Below, in pieces: positions 41,401 through 53,550 of a stretch of 64,000 nucleotides of DNA. The stretch comes from Ophelia neglecta (lineage: Eukaryota). Position 1 is the first letter of the stretch. Each line of letters begins with the position of its first letter. The notes below the pieces were generated by a model that worked only from the letters and a program-made list of their open reading frames with translations, ran no database searches and had not been told where the DNA came from. The stretch spans positions 125,240,001 through 125,304,000 of the forward strand of contig OZ260661.1 of NCBI GenBank assembly GCA_965285935.1, written 5' to 3'. Position numbers and translations under genes: made by a program.

Positions 41401-44400
41401 GAAGTCTGGCTTAATGTTATATGATGTATATATTAATACTGGGAAATATTGTGTGCCTAAAGTTTTATTTGATATCTTCTTTGTGTGTGTTGTTATCAGC
41501 AATGATCTGCGAGCATTTACCCATGTATTTGACAAGAGGCACTCCACTTCTTAATTTATACTCCAAGCAGAAAGGGGCGAGCGGCACTACGAAAGTCAGT
41601 GATAACTGATAAGGAGATTATATACTCCTGGCGCACAACTTCCTACACCAGAACAAGAGTATTAATGTGCTGTGCATCCACCAACAGTGACAACCTCATG
41701 TCCGCTGCCCATCCTTCACCCCTACCTAAGAAAATTGCCATGCCCACCTTTTTTTTCTGTTGATATTTTACTAAGTGCAGGTGGACCGTGGTGCTTGTGG
41801 GTGAATCCCTGGCTGGGTCCCGAAATGATACCTTTTTTTTAGAAAAGTCTGAAAAATTCTCATGAGGCTCACGTGTATTATTCTCATTCCAAAAAACAAA
41901 TAAAAATTGGAAGGATGTGTGCTTTAAAATAAGTGATCAGAGGTAGTAGACTGGGCCTGTCTCCCCCATGTTTAAAGTGATCAGAGGTAGTAGACTGGGC
42001 CTTTCTCCCCCATGTTAAAAGTGATCAGAGGTAGTAGACTGGGCCGGTCTCCTCCATGTTTAAAGTGATCAGAGGTAGTAGACTGGGCCTGTCTCCCCCA
42101 TGTTTAAAGTGATCAGAGGTAGTAGACTGGGCCTGTCTCCCCCATGTTTAAAGTGATCAGAGGTAGTAGACTGGGCCTTTCTCCCCCATGTTAAAAGTGA
42201 TCAGAGGTAGTAGACTGGGCCTGTCTCCCCCATGTTTAAAGTGATCAGAGGTAGTAGACTGGGCCGGTCTCCTCCATGCTTAAAGTGATCAGAGGTAGTA
42301 GACTGGGCCGGTCTCCTCCATGTTTAAAGTGATCTGAGGTAGTAGACTGGGCCTGTCTCCCCCATGTTTAAAGTGATCAGAGGTAGTAGACTGGGCCTGT
42401 CTCCTCCATGTTTAAAGTGATCAGAGGTAGTAGACTGGGCCTGTCTCCTCCATGTATAAAATGATCAGAAGCAGTAGACTGGTCCTGTCTCCCCCATGTT
42501 TAAAGTGATCAGAGGTAGTAGACTGGGCCTTCCTCCCCCATGTTTAAAGTGATCAGAGGTAGTAGACTGGGCCTGTCTCCCCCATGTTTAAAGTGATCAG
42601 AGGTAGTAGACTGGGCCTGTCTCCTCCATGTTTAAAGGGATCAGAGGTAGTAGACTGGGCCTGTCTCCTCCATGTTTAAAGTGATCAGAGGTAGTAGACT
42701 GGGCCTGCCTCCCCCATGTTTTTATAGATCAGAGGTAGTAGACTGGGCCTGTCTCCTCCATGTTTAAAGTGATCAGAGGTAGTAGACTGGGCCTGTCTCC
42801 CCCATGTTTAAAGTGATCAGAGGTAGTACACTGGGCCTGCCTCCCCCATGTTTTAATAGATCAGAGGTAGTAGACTGGGCCTGCCTCCCCCATGTTTAAA
42901 GTGATCAGAGGTAGTAGACTGGGCCTGTCTCCCCCATGTTTAAAGTGATCAGAGGTAGTAGACTGGGCCTGTCTCCTCCATGTATAAAGTGATCAGAGGT
43001 AGTAGACTGGGCCTGTCTCCCCCATGTTTAAAGTGATCAGAGGTAATAGACTGGGCCTGTCTCCTCCATGTTTAAAGTGATCAGAGGTAGTAGACTGAGC
43101 CTGTCTCCCCCATGTTTAAAGTGATCAGAGGTAGTAGACTGGGCCTGTCTCCCCCATGTTTAAAGTGATCAGAGGTAGTAGACTGGGCCTGTCTCCCCCA
43201 TGTTTAAAGTGATCAGAGGTAATAGACTGGGCCTGTCTCCCCCATGTTTAAAGTGATCAGAGGTAGTAGACTGAGCCTGTCTCCCCCATGTTTAAAGTGA
43301 TCAGAGGTAGTAGACTGGGCCTGTCTCCCCCATGTTTAAAGTGATCAGAGGTAGTAGACTGGGCCTGTCTCCTCCGTGTTTAAAGTGATCAGAGGTAGTA
43401 GACTGGGCCTGTCTCCCCCATGTTTTTATAGATCAGAGATAGTAGACTGGGCCTGCCTCCCCCATGTTTAAAGTGATCAGAGGTAGTAGACTGGGCCTGT
43501 CTCCTCCATGTTTAAAGTGATCAGAGGTAGTAGACTGGGCCTGTCTCCTCCATGTTTTTATAGATCAGAGGTAGTAGACTGGGCCTGTCTCCTCCATGTT
43601 TTTATAGATCAGAGATAGTAGACTGGGCCTGCCTCCCCCATGTTTAAAGTGATCAGAGGTAGTAGACTGGGCCGGTCTCCTCCATGTTTAAAGTGATCAG
43701 AGGTAGTAGACTGGGCCTGTCTCCCCCATGTTTAAAGTGATCAGAGGTAGTAGACTGGGCCTGTCTCCCCCATGTTTAAAGTGATCAGAGGTAGTAGACT
43801 GGGCCTTTCTCCCCCATGTTAAAAGTGATCAGAGGTAGTAGACTGGGCCTGTCTCCCCCATGTTTAAAGTGATCAGAGGTAGTAGACTGGGCCGGTCTCC
43901 TCCATGCTTAAAGTGATCAGAGGTAGTAGACTGGGCCGGTCTCCTCCATGTTTAAAGTGATCTGAGGTAGTAGACTGGGCCTGTCTCCCCCATGTTTAAA
44001 GTGATCAGAGGTAGTAGACTGGGCCTGTCTCCTCCATGTTTAAAGTGATCAGAGGTAGTAGACTGGGCCTGTCTCCTCCATGTATAAAATGATCAGAAGC
44101 AGTAGACTGGTCCTGTCTCCCCCATGTTTAAAGTGATCAGAGGTAGTAGACTGGGCCTTCCTCCCCCATGTTTAAAGTGATCAGAGGTAGTAGACTGGGC
44201 CTGTCTCCCCCATGTTTAAAGTGATCAGAGGTAGTAGACTGGGCCTGTCTCCTCCATGTTTAAAGGGATCAGAGGTAGTAGACTGGGCCTGTCTCCTCCA
44301 TGTTTAAAGTGATCAGAGGTAGTAGACTGGGCCTGCCTCCCCCATGTTTTTATAGATCAGAGGTAGTAGACTGGGCCTGTCTCCTCCATGTTTAAAGTGA

Positions 44401-47327
44401 TCAGAGGTAGTAGACTGGGCCTGTCTCCCCCATGTTTAAAGTGATCAGAGGTAGTACACTGGGCCTGCCTCCCCCATGTTTTAATAGATCAGAGGTAGTA
44501 GACTGGGCCTGCCTCCCCCATGTTTAAAGTGATCAGAGGTAGTAGACTGGGCCTGTCTCCCCCATGTTTAAAGTGATCAGAGGTAGTAGACTGGGCCTGC
44601 CTCCCCCATGTTTTTATAGATCAGAGGTAGTAGACTGGGCCTGTCTCCCCCATGTTTAAAGTGATCAGAGGTAGTAGACTGGGCCTGTCTCCTCCATGTA
44701 TAAAGTGATCAGAGGTAGTAGACTGGGCCTGTCTCCCCCATGTTTAAAGTGATCAGAGGTAATAGACTGGGCCTGTCTCCTCCATGTTTAAAGTGATCAG
44801 AGGTAGTAGACTGAGCCTGTCTCCCCCATGTTTAAAGTGATCAGAGGTAGTAGACTGGGCCTGTCTCCCCCATGTTTAAAGTGATCAGAGGTAGTAGACT
44901 GGGCCTGTCTCCTCCGTGTTTAAAGTGATCAGAGGTAGTAGACTGGGCCTTCCTCCCCCATGTTTAAAGTGATCAGAGGTAGTACACTGGGCCTGCCTCC
45001 CCCATGTTTTAATAGATCAGAGGTAGTAGACTGGGCCTGCCTCCCCCATGTTTAAAGTGATCAGAGGTAGTAGACTGGGCCTGTCTCCCCCATGTTTAAA
45101 GTGATCAGAGGTAGTAGACTGGGCCTGCCTCCCCCATGTTTTTATAGATCAGAGGTAGTAGACTGGGCCTGTCTCCCCCATGTTTAAAGTGATCAGAGGT
45201 AGTAGACTGAGCCTGTCTCCCCCATGTTTAAAGTGATCAGAGGTAGTAGACTGGGCCTGTCTCCCCCATGTTTAAAGTGATCAGAGGTAGTAGACTGGGC
45301 CTGTCTCCTCCGTGTTTAAAGTGATCAGAGGTAGTAGACTGGGCCTGTCTCCCCCATGTTTTTATAGATCAGAGATAGTAGACTGGGCCTGCCTCCCCCA
45401 TGTTTAAAGTGATCAGAGGTAGTAGACTGGGCCTGTCTCCTCCATGTTTAAAGTGATCAGAGGTAGTAGACTGGGCCTGTCTCCTCCATGTTTTTATAGA
45501 TCAGAGATAGTAGACTGGGCCTGTCTCCTCCGTGTTTAAAGTGATCAGAGGTAGTAGACTGGGCCTGCCTCCCCCATGTTTTTATAGATCAGAGATAGTA
45601 GACTGAGCCTGTCTCCCCCATGTTTAAAGTGATCAGAGGTAGTAGACTGGGCCTGTCTCCCCCATGTTTAAAGTGATCAGAGGTAGTAGACTGGGCCTGT
45701 CTCCTCCGTGTTTAAAGTGATCAGAGGTAGTAGACTGGGCCTGTCTCCCCCATGTTTTTATAGATCAGAGATAGTAGACTGGGCCTGCCTCCCCCATGTT
45801 TAAAGTGATCAGAGGTAGTAGACTGGGCCTGTCTCCTCCATGTTTAAAGTGATCAGAGGTAGTAGACTGGGCCTGTCTCCTCCATGTTTTTATAGATCAG
45901 AGATAGTAGACTGGGCCTGTCTCCTCCGTGTTTAAAGTGATCAGAGGTAGTAGACTGGGCCTGCCTCCCCCATGTTTTTATAGATCAGAGATAGTAGACT
46001 GGGCCTGTCTCCTCCATGTTTAAAGTGATCAGAGGTAGTAGACTGGGCCTGTCTCCCCCATGTTTTTATAGATCAGAGGTAGTAGACTGGGCCTATCTCC
46101 CCCATGTTTTTAGTGATCAGAGGTAGTAGACTGGGCCTGTCTCCCCCATGTTTTTATAGATCAGAGGTAGTAGACTGGGCCTGTCTCCCCCATGTTTTTA
46201 TAGATCAGAGGTAGTAGACTGGGCCTGTCTCCCCCATGTTTTTATAGATCAGAGATAGTAGACTGGGCCTGTAGTGATGACTAATGACTGTAGTATTCCT
46301 GGACGTATCTATGGGCTCATCCTCTCTACATTTAAAAATGTTGAGAGGGGTGGGCCAGAGAAGTTTCTCTTGAGGCCTGCTCCCCGGCACATTATTTAAA
46401 GCACTAGCCCTAAATGAGTAGTTTGTCATTTTTGGCCGATCTAAGTGAGTTGTGTTTCATTTCATATATTCACCCATAAGTTGTTGGTCATTTCTGGCCA
46501 GATCTAAATGAGTTGTGTTTGATTTCAGATATCCGCCCATACAAGTGTAAGTTTTGTGACTACTACGCTAGGACTAATAGCCAACTCAAGGTGCACATGA
46601 TGAGACACCAGGGTAAGTCAAGCTTCTAGAAATTATATTTGTATTTCCCATGGCATGATGGGAAGGTCCCACAGGGGGGGGGGGGTACTTGCAAGGTGGG
46701 GGGGGGGGTACTTTTAAACATTTTTCATATAAGTGTGCAGATGTAGGTTAAGAGACCATATATTTGGATATGTCAAATGAAATGCAATAAGCATAACCTT
46801 GGTAAGGTCATGGGATCTGAAAAAACATGTACCCTTGGGAGAAAAGGTTTTCATAAAAAAGCAGTAATTTGCATTTTAAGTGCCATGATTGTTTCAGGCT
46901 AGTAGTGTAGTTTATATGCAGTAGTATAATTTATACAGTGTGTTTTGTATGCTGTTGAACCCATCAAGAAATCATGTCTTATAATCTACTTTATTTATAT
47001 TATTATTTATGTCCTGCTTTTGCATTTAAGAAAAGAAATACTGGCCTTGCTTATAAAGGTTATAAGTTTAAAGTATTTATGTCATTTTTTCTTATAACAG
47101 GAATACGGGAATTTCACTGCAAGCTGTGCAATTACAAGGGTGTAACCCAGTCTGACCTCAACCGGCACATGAAGTCGCAGATACACATGATGAAAGCTCG
47201 CAACGAGTGCTCTCACTGCGGAGAGGGGTTCGTCTCGCCAATGAATCTGGAGAAGCACTACCACGAGAAGCATTTCTCACACTACGAACAGCTGGCCCAG
47301 GCCCAGCAGACGGGTGCCACCAAATAA
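35412..47327 (+). CDS. C2H2 zinc-finger transcription factor, 10 fingers in 2-2-2-4 clusters (5 coding exons, 1053 aa)
   Basis: Exons 35412-35855, 37396-39653, 40307-40455, 46529-46612, 47101-47327 sum to 3162 nt, all GT-AG and in phase. Fingers: CYYC, CK|DC, CHMC, CTYC, CQFC, CTYC, CSYC, CKFC, CKLC, CSHC, with linkers such as HTGYKP and HEDIRPY. A likely upstream acceptor at 34943 gives a ~470-nt leader in the first coding exon. Orthology is not assigned. Confidence 0.93.
40819..40973. repeat. 23-bp minisatellite (agggctttgggtggtatttgccc), ~3.5 good copies plus degenerate upstream copies
   Basis: Direct tandem units at 40895, 40918, 40941 and 40964 (partial). Confidence 0.85.
41931..46271. 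repeat. 44-bp intronic satellite (aagtgatcagaggtagtagactgggcctgtctcccccatgttta), ~99 copies
   Basis: Head-to-tail 44-bp units without spacers fill most of the zinc-finger intron 40456-46528. Rare variants recur at a 1628-bp offset (37 units). Confidence 0.98.
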
Positions 47328-47349
47328 CCAGCACAGGGACCTCCACTAG

Positions 47350-47617
47350 GTCATGTGATGGCTATAGGTCATGTGACTCAAGTCATGTGACCTGCTGCAC
47401 ACGTGACTTGAGCCCAGTCGGACAAAATGCAGCGTGATAATCTCTGGGTCATGTGATCAAGGTGTGTAAAGCTGACTTGGAGTCATGTGATCGAGCCTGG
47501 GTAAATATGCTAGTTTCCGCCACATGTAGGTGTCTGGGCTTCTTGTCTCATGACCTGTATCATTATATGTCCAATAACATGTCTGGTCGGTAGTGGGCAG
47601 GGCTTAGGGTCATGTGA
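47350..47617. promoter_or_regulatory. Homotypic cluster of M-box/E-box motifs (GTCATGTGA x6, CACGTGA x1)
   Basis: GTCATGTGA at 47350, 47368, 47382, 47448, 47482 and 47609; CACGTGA at 47400. The cluster starts immediately after the zinc-finger stop codon. Confidence 0.5.
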
Positions 47618-50600
47618 CTGGGCAATAATAGTTCCTGCTCAAGAAGGTGTCATATCGGCCAGGGGAATCGTAGCTCAGGAATCTATACAAACCTTTGAAC
47701 ATGATGCAAATAATACCATAAAATGTCACAGTAGTTTGAATGTGTCTTTACTTCTACCTGTATATTATATAACTGTTACTGAAGGATTCTGGGAAAGCTT
47801 GCTACAGAGGAAGGAAAGTCATTCTTCATGGTAAGGAGGGCGGGAGAGGAGTTACTACTATGTGGATGAGTTGCCAATCATGGTACAATGTACCCTAAAG
47901 CTTGAAGCAGACTGTGTTATCTAGGAAATGAGTGCTTGTGATTGCATTGTGCGAGCGATTGTCGACAATGTCTGATAGAAACTAGAGCGTCTTTCTTCGG
48001 AGGGAGAGGTGTGATCACATGGGCAGTGTATGGAAGCACACAGAATAATATATATACATATATACAATCTTTTAGACAGAGGGGGGTGTTGGAGTCAGAG
48101 GAGGGGGTTCCTTTTAGAGAGCCCCCATCACAAGCGTGTAGTTTACAAAGGGGTGGTCGTCTCACAAGGGATTGTGGGATTGACATCCACCCAGCTATCC
48201 CCTTCAGCTGACCCCAACTCGACTCAGTTCCATTGTCCTCCTCTGGTATATGTATATACTGTACATTTCTCATGGAACACTGCAGAGCGAGATACAGAAG
48301 GTCGGGCCAATGAGCCGCTAAATGTAACAAGGTATGGTTCACCAGCAGGGGGGGTTAGCATCCATTTAGTCAACTGTGATCTAATGTTATTGCTTTTATT
48401 AAAAGTGAATGCCGTGTTTATAGCAAGGAGGCAGTTAACAAAGAGTCAAAAGGTTTTGACATTTTGACTTTTAATACTTTGTCCTTCGTATCTTTGGGAT
48501 TTTAATCGACCATAATAAGTAGCAGTAGGATAGCCTTAAATCTTTCCTCTTCTTCCCAAACTAGATAATTGTTAACACTGCATCATGTTTTCTTTCACTT
48601 TTTGATTTGTTTTATGGTGCTAATTTTAAAAGTGCAAGTCACTTACACATGGTGTTCCAGAACAATACGTTTTGACTTTTAGCAACTCTTGGTATTGTAC
48701 TACTTAGTGGTGACATTGGTGCACACCCCAATCAGCATGTTAATAGGCACACACAAAACACGTGTACATATAGTGTACAATTTTGTATAGGGTAAGTGTT
48801 TTATCTCAGGCCAACTTTCTACGGTGTTTATCACAATTTACTTGTATCTGTAAACCCAGAGTGTCGAAAGGGTCAAAGTTTTAACCAAATAATAAGCTTA
48901 CTCCAGTAAGCGGCAAATGTCGCAAACCCACCAGCAATAGCCGGTAAAATCCGTTAGGATTTGAATGTAAATGTTGGTTGTACAGTGTCACTGATTGGTT
49001 GTTATTACAGTTCCGATTGTGCTGATTGGTTGATTTCATATGCACTTTGCTAGAAATAATTTCCCCTCAATTCATTTGCCATCGACCAAGCGGAACAGTA
49101 TCGTTTTGCTGAGTTTATACCACAGAAGGATGTTTGTTTTTTTCTGAATTTGAGAGAGTAAGATTGCCATGTATCATTGTACGACTTCCATGGCCTGAGC
49201 TGTCTGCCCTAGGTGCATTATGGGCCAGCATTATGTTGATAAACTCAAATATGCTACATTTCGTTATGTAAACTTGTACGTTGCATACACGTTCACTACC
49301 TCAAGTCAATACAAGTTATCGTTTACCACTAGGGAGTATTAGAAAATTAGATTTTCATGCCATGTAACATAATTATTCACTATTATTGATGGTAATAGAG
49401 TTCTAGCTGCAGTTAGGTGTTACTATTACAATATAACTAGGCTAATTGTATATATTATGTGCTATATTGTAGAGTATATATACATATGTTATTCGCTATC
49501 TGTTTTACTATGTCTTATCCGTTTGCCTTTTCCTAGTTCTTGTAGTCATAGATGCAAATTATGCTTGTAAATTCTCCAAATTTAATGTGATAAGCATGCA
49601 AACAGTTCCTGTAGCTTTTTTTCCATTTTCAAGAAGTCTTATGGTAGTCACATTTTTTAATCTTTCACTTCTTAGAAGACATCAAATGAGCAATTGTCTG
49701 AAGATATCCAACGGATATTCTGTTTGTACGATAATCTGACTGTTTTCAATGTAGTCTCTGTTATTAAGTATTTTGGAGAATTTGGCAGTTTTTGTCATGA
49801 TAAGACCTTGTTTTGGTGAGATCGTAGAAAATGACCAAGTGGCCGATGCTTTTCTCTTATCAGCACAATACAGCCATGCTAAATATTGAATTTTCTAGCC
49901 TTCCACCTCAGTGAAGATTCCCAAACCTCTCGACAATACTACTCAAATTTCTGTCCACCTTACTCAAATACCTCAAGTCAGGCTAACAGCATGGTATAGT
50001 TGTACATTTATGTGCAAGTAAAAGACACTGGACCTCACAAGTGATGTTTGTTACCACGGTTACCTCGAAAACCAGCTGCAGATTGTTCTAGTTGTGTGTA
50101 CGACGAGCATCGTCTGCTTTCAAATTGTTATATATGGTTGAAATGAATGTGTTGATTTGTCTGTTATATCCTAGTTTATTTGGTCTTGTTCTGCTCTTGT
50201 TTTTAGGAAAATTTCTCCCTAGTTGTATAAAAAAGAATTCCGATACAAACGACTGATAAGTATGATTTGTTAATCATTGTAATGTTAGAGAAATGAAGGC
50301 TGGCTTTTGTTCTGTTGTATACACTGGGATTTGAGATGGGTGAGGTGTCAATCATTTGTAGGGTGTGCGGTGGAGTTTGCCACTGTAGGAGGGTCTGGTG
50401 GCTTAGCCAACAGCCGCCCTCCTAGAAGGCCCACCCATCCCATACCCTTCAAATGCTCTGTACATATGTCCCAAGAACAAGGGTGGATTTTCAGACCCCT
50501 TCCCCCGTTCTTAGTCTACCAGTGTATCACACAGCAAGCATAGTGAATGTGATAAGACCCCCAAGTATTAGTGTATAGTTCTGTGAAAACGTTCACCGGT

Positions 50601-53550
50601 TTGAATCAGTCTTCTACTGATTATGTTTAAGTTTTACCCTTAAAGTTTACTGCATTTGTTATAAATCCCAAGTTTTTATGTCCACAAAACTTTATTTGCA
50701 TTTGTTGTCAAAAGCACACCCATGTGTAGTTACTAGGGTCTTCCTGTTACAATGTCTAGTTGAGTGGCTCTCTTTGTTGCCAAGTTACCCCTAGGTCATG
50801 TGATGTCAAAGTTTTAAGGTTGTTAATATGTCTGTTACATGAATAAGCTGTCTCTTTGAATCTCGTATGTATGAATTGTTGTGGTGTGAAAAGCGTGTAA
50901 AAGAAACTAAGTTACTTAAAAGTATGTGCCCTCCAATATTGCTGTCAAATACCTCAGTTTTACTGGTAAAGATCCCAAACGACACGAGTTTACTGCATGT
51001 ACAAAGAGTGTACTGTACTAATGGTAAGGTCGCCACCTGCACAAATCTTCCACTACAAACTGTACAAATGACTATGTTTTCCTAATTGATTGAGTCTAGT
51101 CAGAGTATGACGAAATAATTATAATACCTCACTTGATTTCTTACTTTGGTGCCATGGTGGTTGAATTGTATCCATTGCCATGGCAACCTGTAGCAATGTG
51201 CTGTTGACTGATTGCCAATATTGTGTTTTTAAATTCATCAGGCGGAATGAATTTCTTTGATTAATGATTTGTGGTTGAACAAAGTTCAAATTTGTCTGAT
51301 GAGGTCCAAATGTAAGTAGTAAAAGTGATGCTCTTGTCCATTTGGCTGTTTGCAGAAGGAAAGGATTTCATCTGTTTTTACATGTATGTTGATTTTCCTT
51401 ATCTTCATGCTGTCCTCAGTTTTTGCAGTATAGCTGATGAGCCTAGCTTTTTACATTTTTGCCTGTCACATTTGAGAGTGATTTTTAATGATGTCACTGA
51501 ACTATGCACTTTGGTATCGGCTATTTAGTGTGGCTTCGACCACAGTCTCATTGTTAGCTCTGCTAACCTGTACTTTGCACTACTCCCTAGCTCTTGGCTG
51601 TCACCATCTTCTTCATTCAAGTAGCTAGCGCCAAAATTTGAACTTTATCCTTTTCTAGCAATGTGTAGACATTGTACTACTAGCAAGGGCAGTAGTATAA
51701 CTGTATATTTCTCCAAACTCGTTCGTAGACATTGTAGAACAAAGATCTGTTTAGAACTAAATTGTTAAGTGTTATTGTTATATCGATATGTATACTACTA
51801 GTTATAAAAACTGCAGAATAATTGCACATTATGCTTTTTAAATCTACTGTTTTCCTCTTGCAATGGGAATCGGCTTCTTATAATAAATCTCTGTGGGGAG
51901 TCTCGACAGTTTCATCATCGTTTGAATGTGTCATAGCTGCACAGTCAAATTTCTAATAACTTTCAGGAACTTGTTAAGTGGATGTTCTCCATAGATGCTT
52001 GTAAAATAAAACACACTTTGTATCATTAGCAATACACTATACACGAGTGTGTGCAATGTATTCCCCATCATGAGGAAGTAACATGTATTGTACTACTAGT
52101 ACTACTACCCAAAGTGATTTGATTTGTATGTAAAGTGTGACTATAATGGATGAGAGAGTGTAGACTCGGTAATGCAGGGCTAAGATGTGAACGCAACGTG
52201 TTAATTAACACACCGTGTTAACTAAGGACGTGCAGGCAAGCACGGAGCTGGTTAAAACTTGAATGTTCTGCAGTCGTCGGGCAGAAGCCGAAGTGGTTGT
52301 CTGCCCTGCGAGATAAACCTGCATATGTTATTGTGTATTGGTACAGCGACTCACAACTTTATCCTCACCACCTCAATAAAACCACAAGCAATCGGGTAAC
52401 CAATTAATCAGTCCATTGTCTTTAATGAACGTTGTGTAAGCAGTATTTTTAAATCGTTTCCCCCTGTAATTATTCATTCTGCATGTCATTTTAACCAGTC
52501 ATCCTTGCCCCATCTTCTTAGATAGTGACGTTTTTAAACCACCTCTTATCCCAAAAATGTTTTCAGTCGGCAGGATTGTGAAATAAATAATAATAACCTA
52601 TATAATGCAGCGCAGAAAGTATGTCATAAGGATATAGCCTTGAATACAGATTTTCAACTTATATTGTTATCATAGTTATATAAAATATGTTATTTTGAGT
52701 TATATATTAAACACAATTGGTAATTATAGTTTTTGATGAATATTTGTTTATTTCAGTTGCGAAAAATGATCATATTTATCGATGTATGATGTATGATCAT
52801 AATTATGTAGAATGTCAATAGCTGCATTCCCATGTCCAGTTTTCATAAAAGGGCAGGTTCTCCAATTTTTCATGTACTCTCACTAAACAATATGTTTACA
52901 AATTCAATAAATGGAATAATGATTCAACCATATCAAATTAAATTGAGCAGAAAAGGTATTTGTATGTCCTAGAGCCTATTTGAGTGTTTAAATTATAACA
53001 ATAATTATTTTTCAAGAACTGATTGTAATAGAATTTATAAAGTCTATGACACTTGAAAGTGAAATGGACGCTGGCCCAATATTAATTATTAATTTCAGCC
53101 ACCCTGGTAATGAGCATTTCCTATGCTGCATACTTACAAACTATTATTATAATTGGTGCTACCTGTTTCAATATTTAATACATTTTGCTGTGTTATGATT
53201 AACTGTTAATTTCAGTGTGCATACTGCCAATGTATTGTATGCAGACTTGGTGCAGGTCATAACTTCTGTAGTTTTTTTTTTATAGATTTATTAATGTTCT
53301 GTTGATTTACTGAGCTATTTTGTTGTGTTACTACTGGTTACCAAATGTGCGCCATCTGGAGGCAATTTGCTTCACTTCAGCATGTCCTTGCCCTTTTTTC
53401 CACCGTAGTAGTATTTTAACACTTGATATCCTAGTAGATTAATATCTGTGTACACTACTTATATTATTACCACTGTATTCTCAAGATACCTCAGTTCCTA
53501 TAATAAAGTTATACTGCTCATATCTTCATGTTTGGTTTCTTGGTTTATTC

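Noticed and set aside
41931-46271. CRISPR-like array
   Set aside because: Units are contiguous with no unique spacers, there are no cas genes, and the context is a spliceosomal intron. It is a satellite.
46205-46429. 74-aa minus-strand ORF
   Set aside because: It runs into the 44-bp satellite and shows no coding signal.
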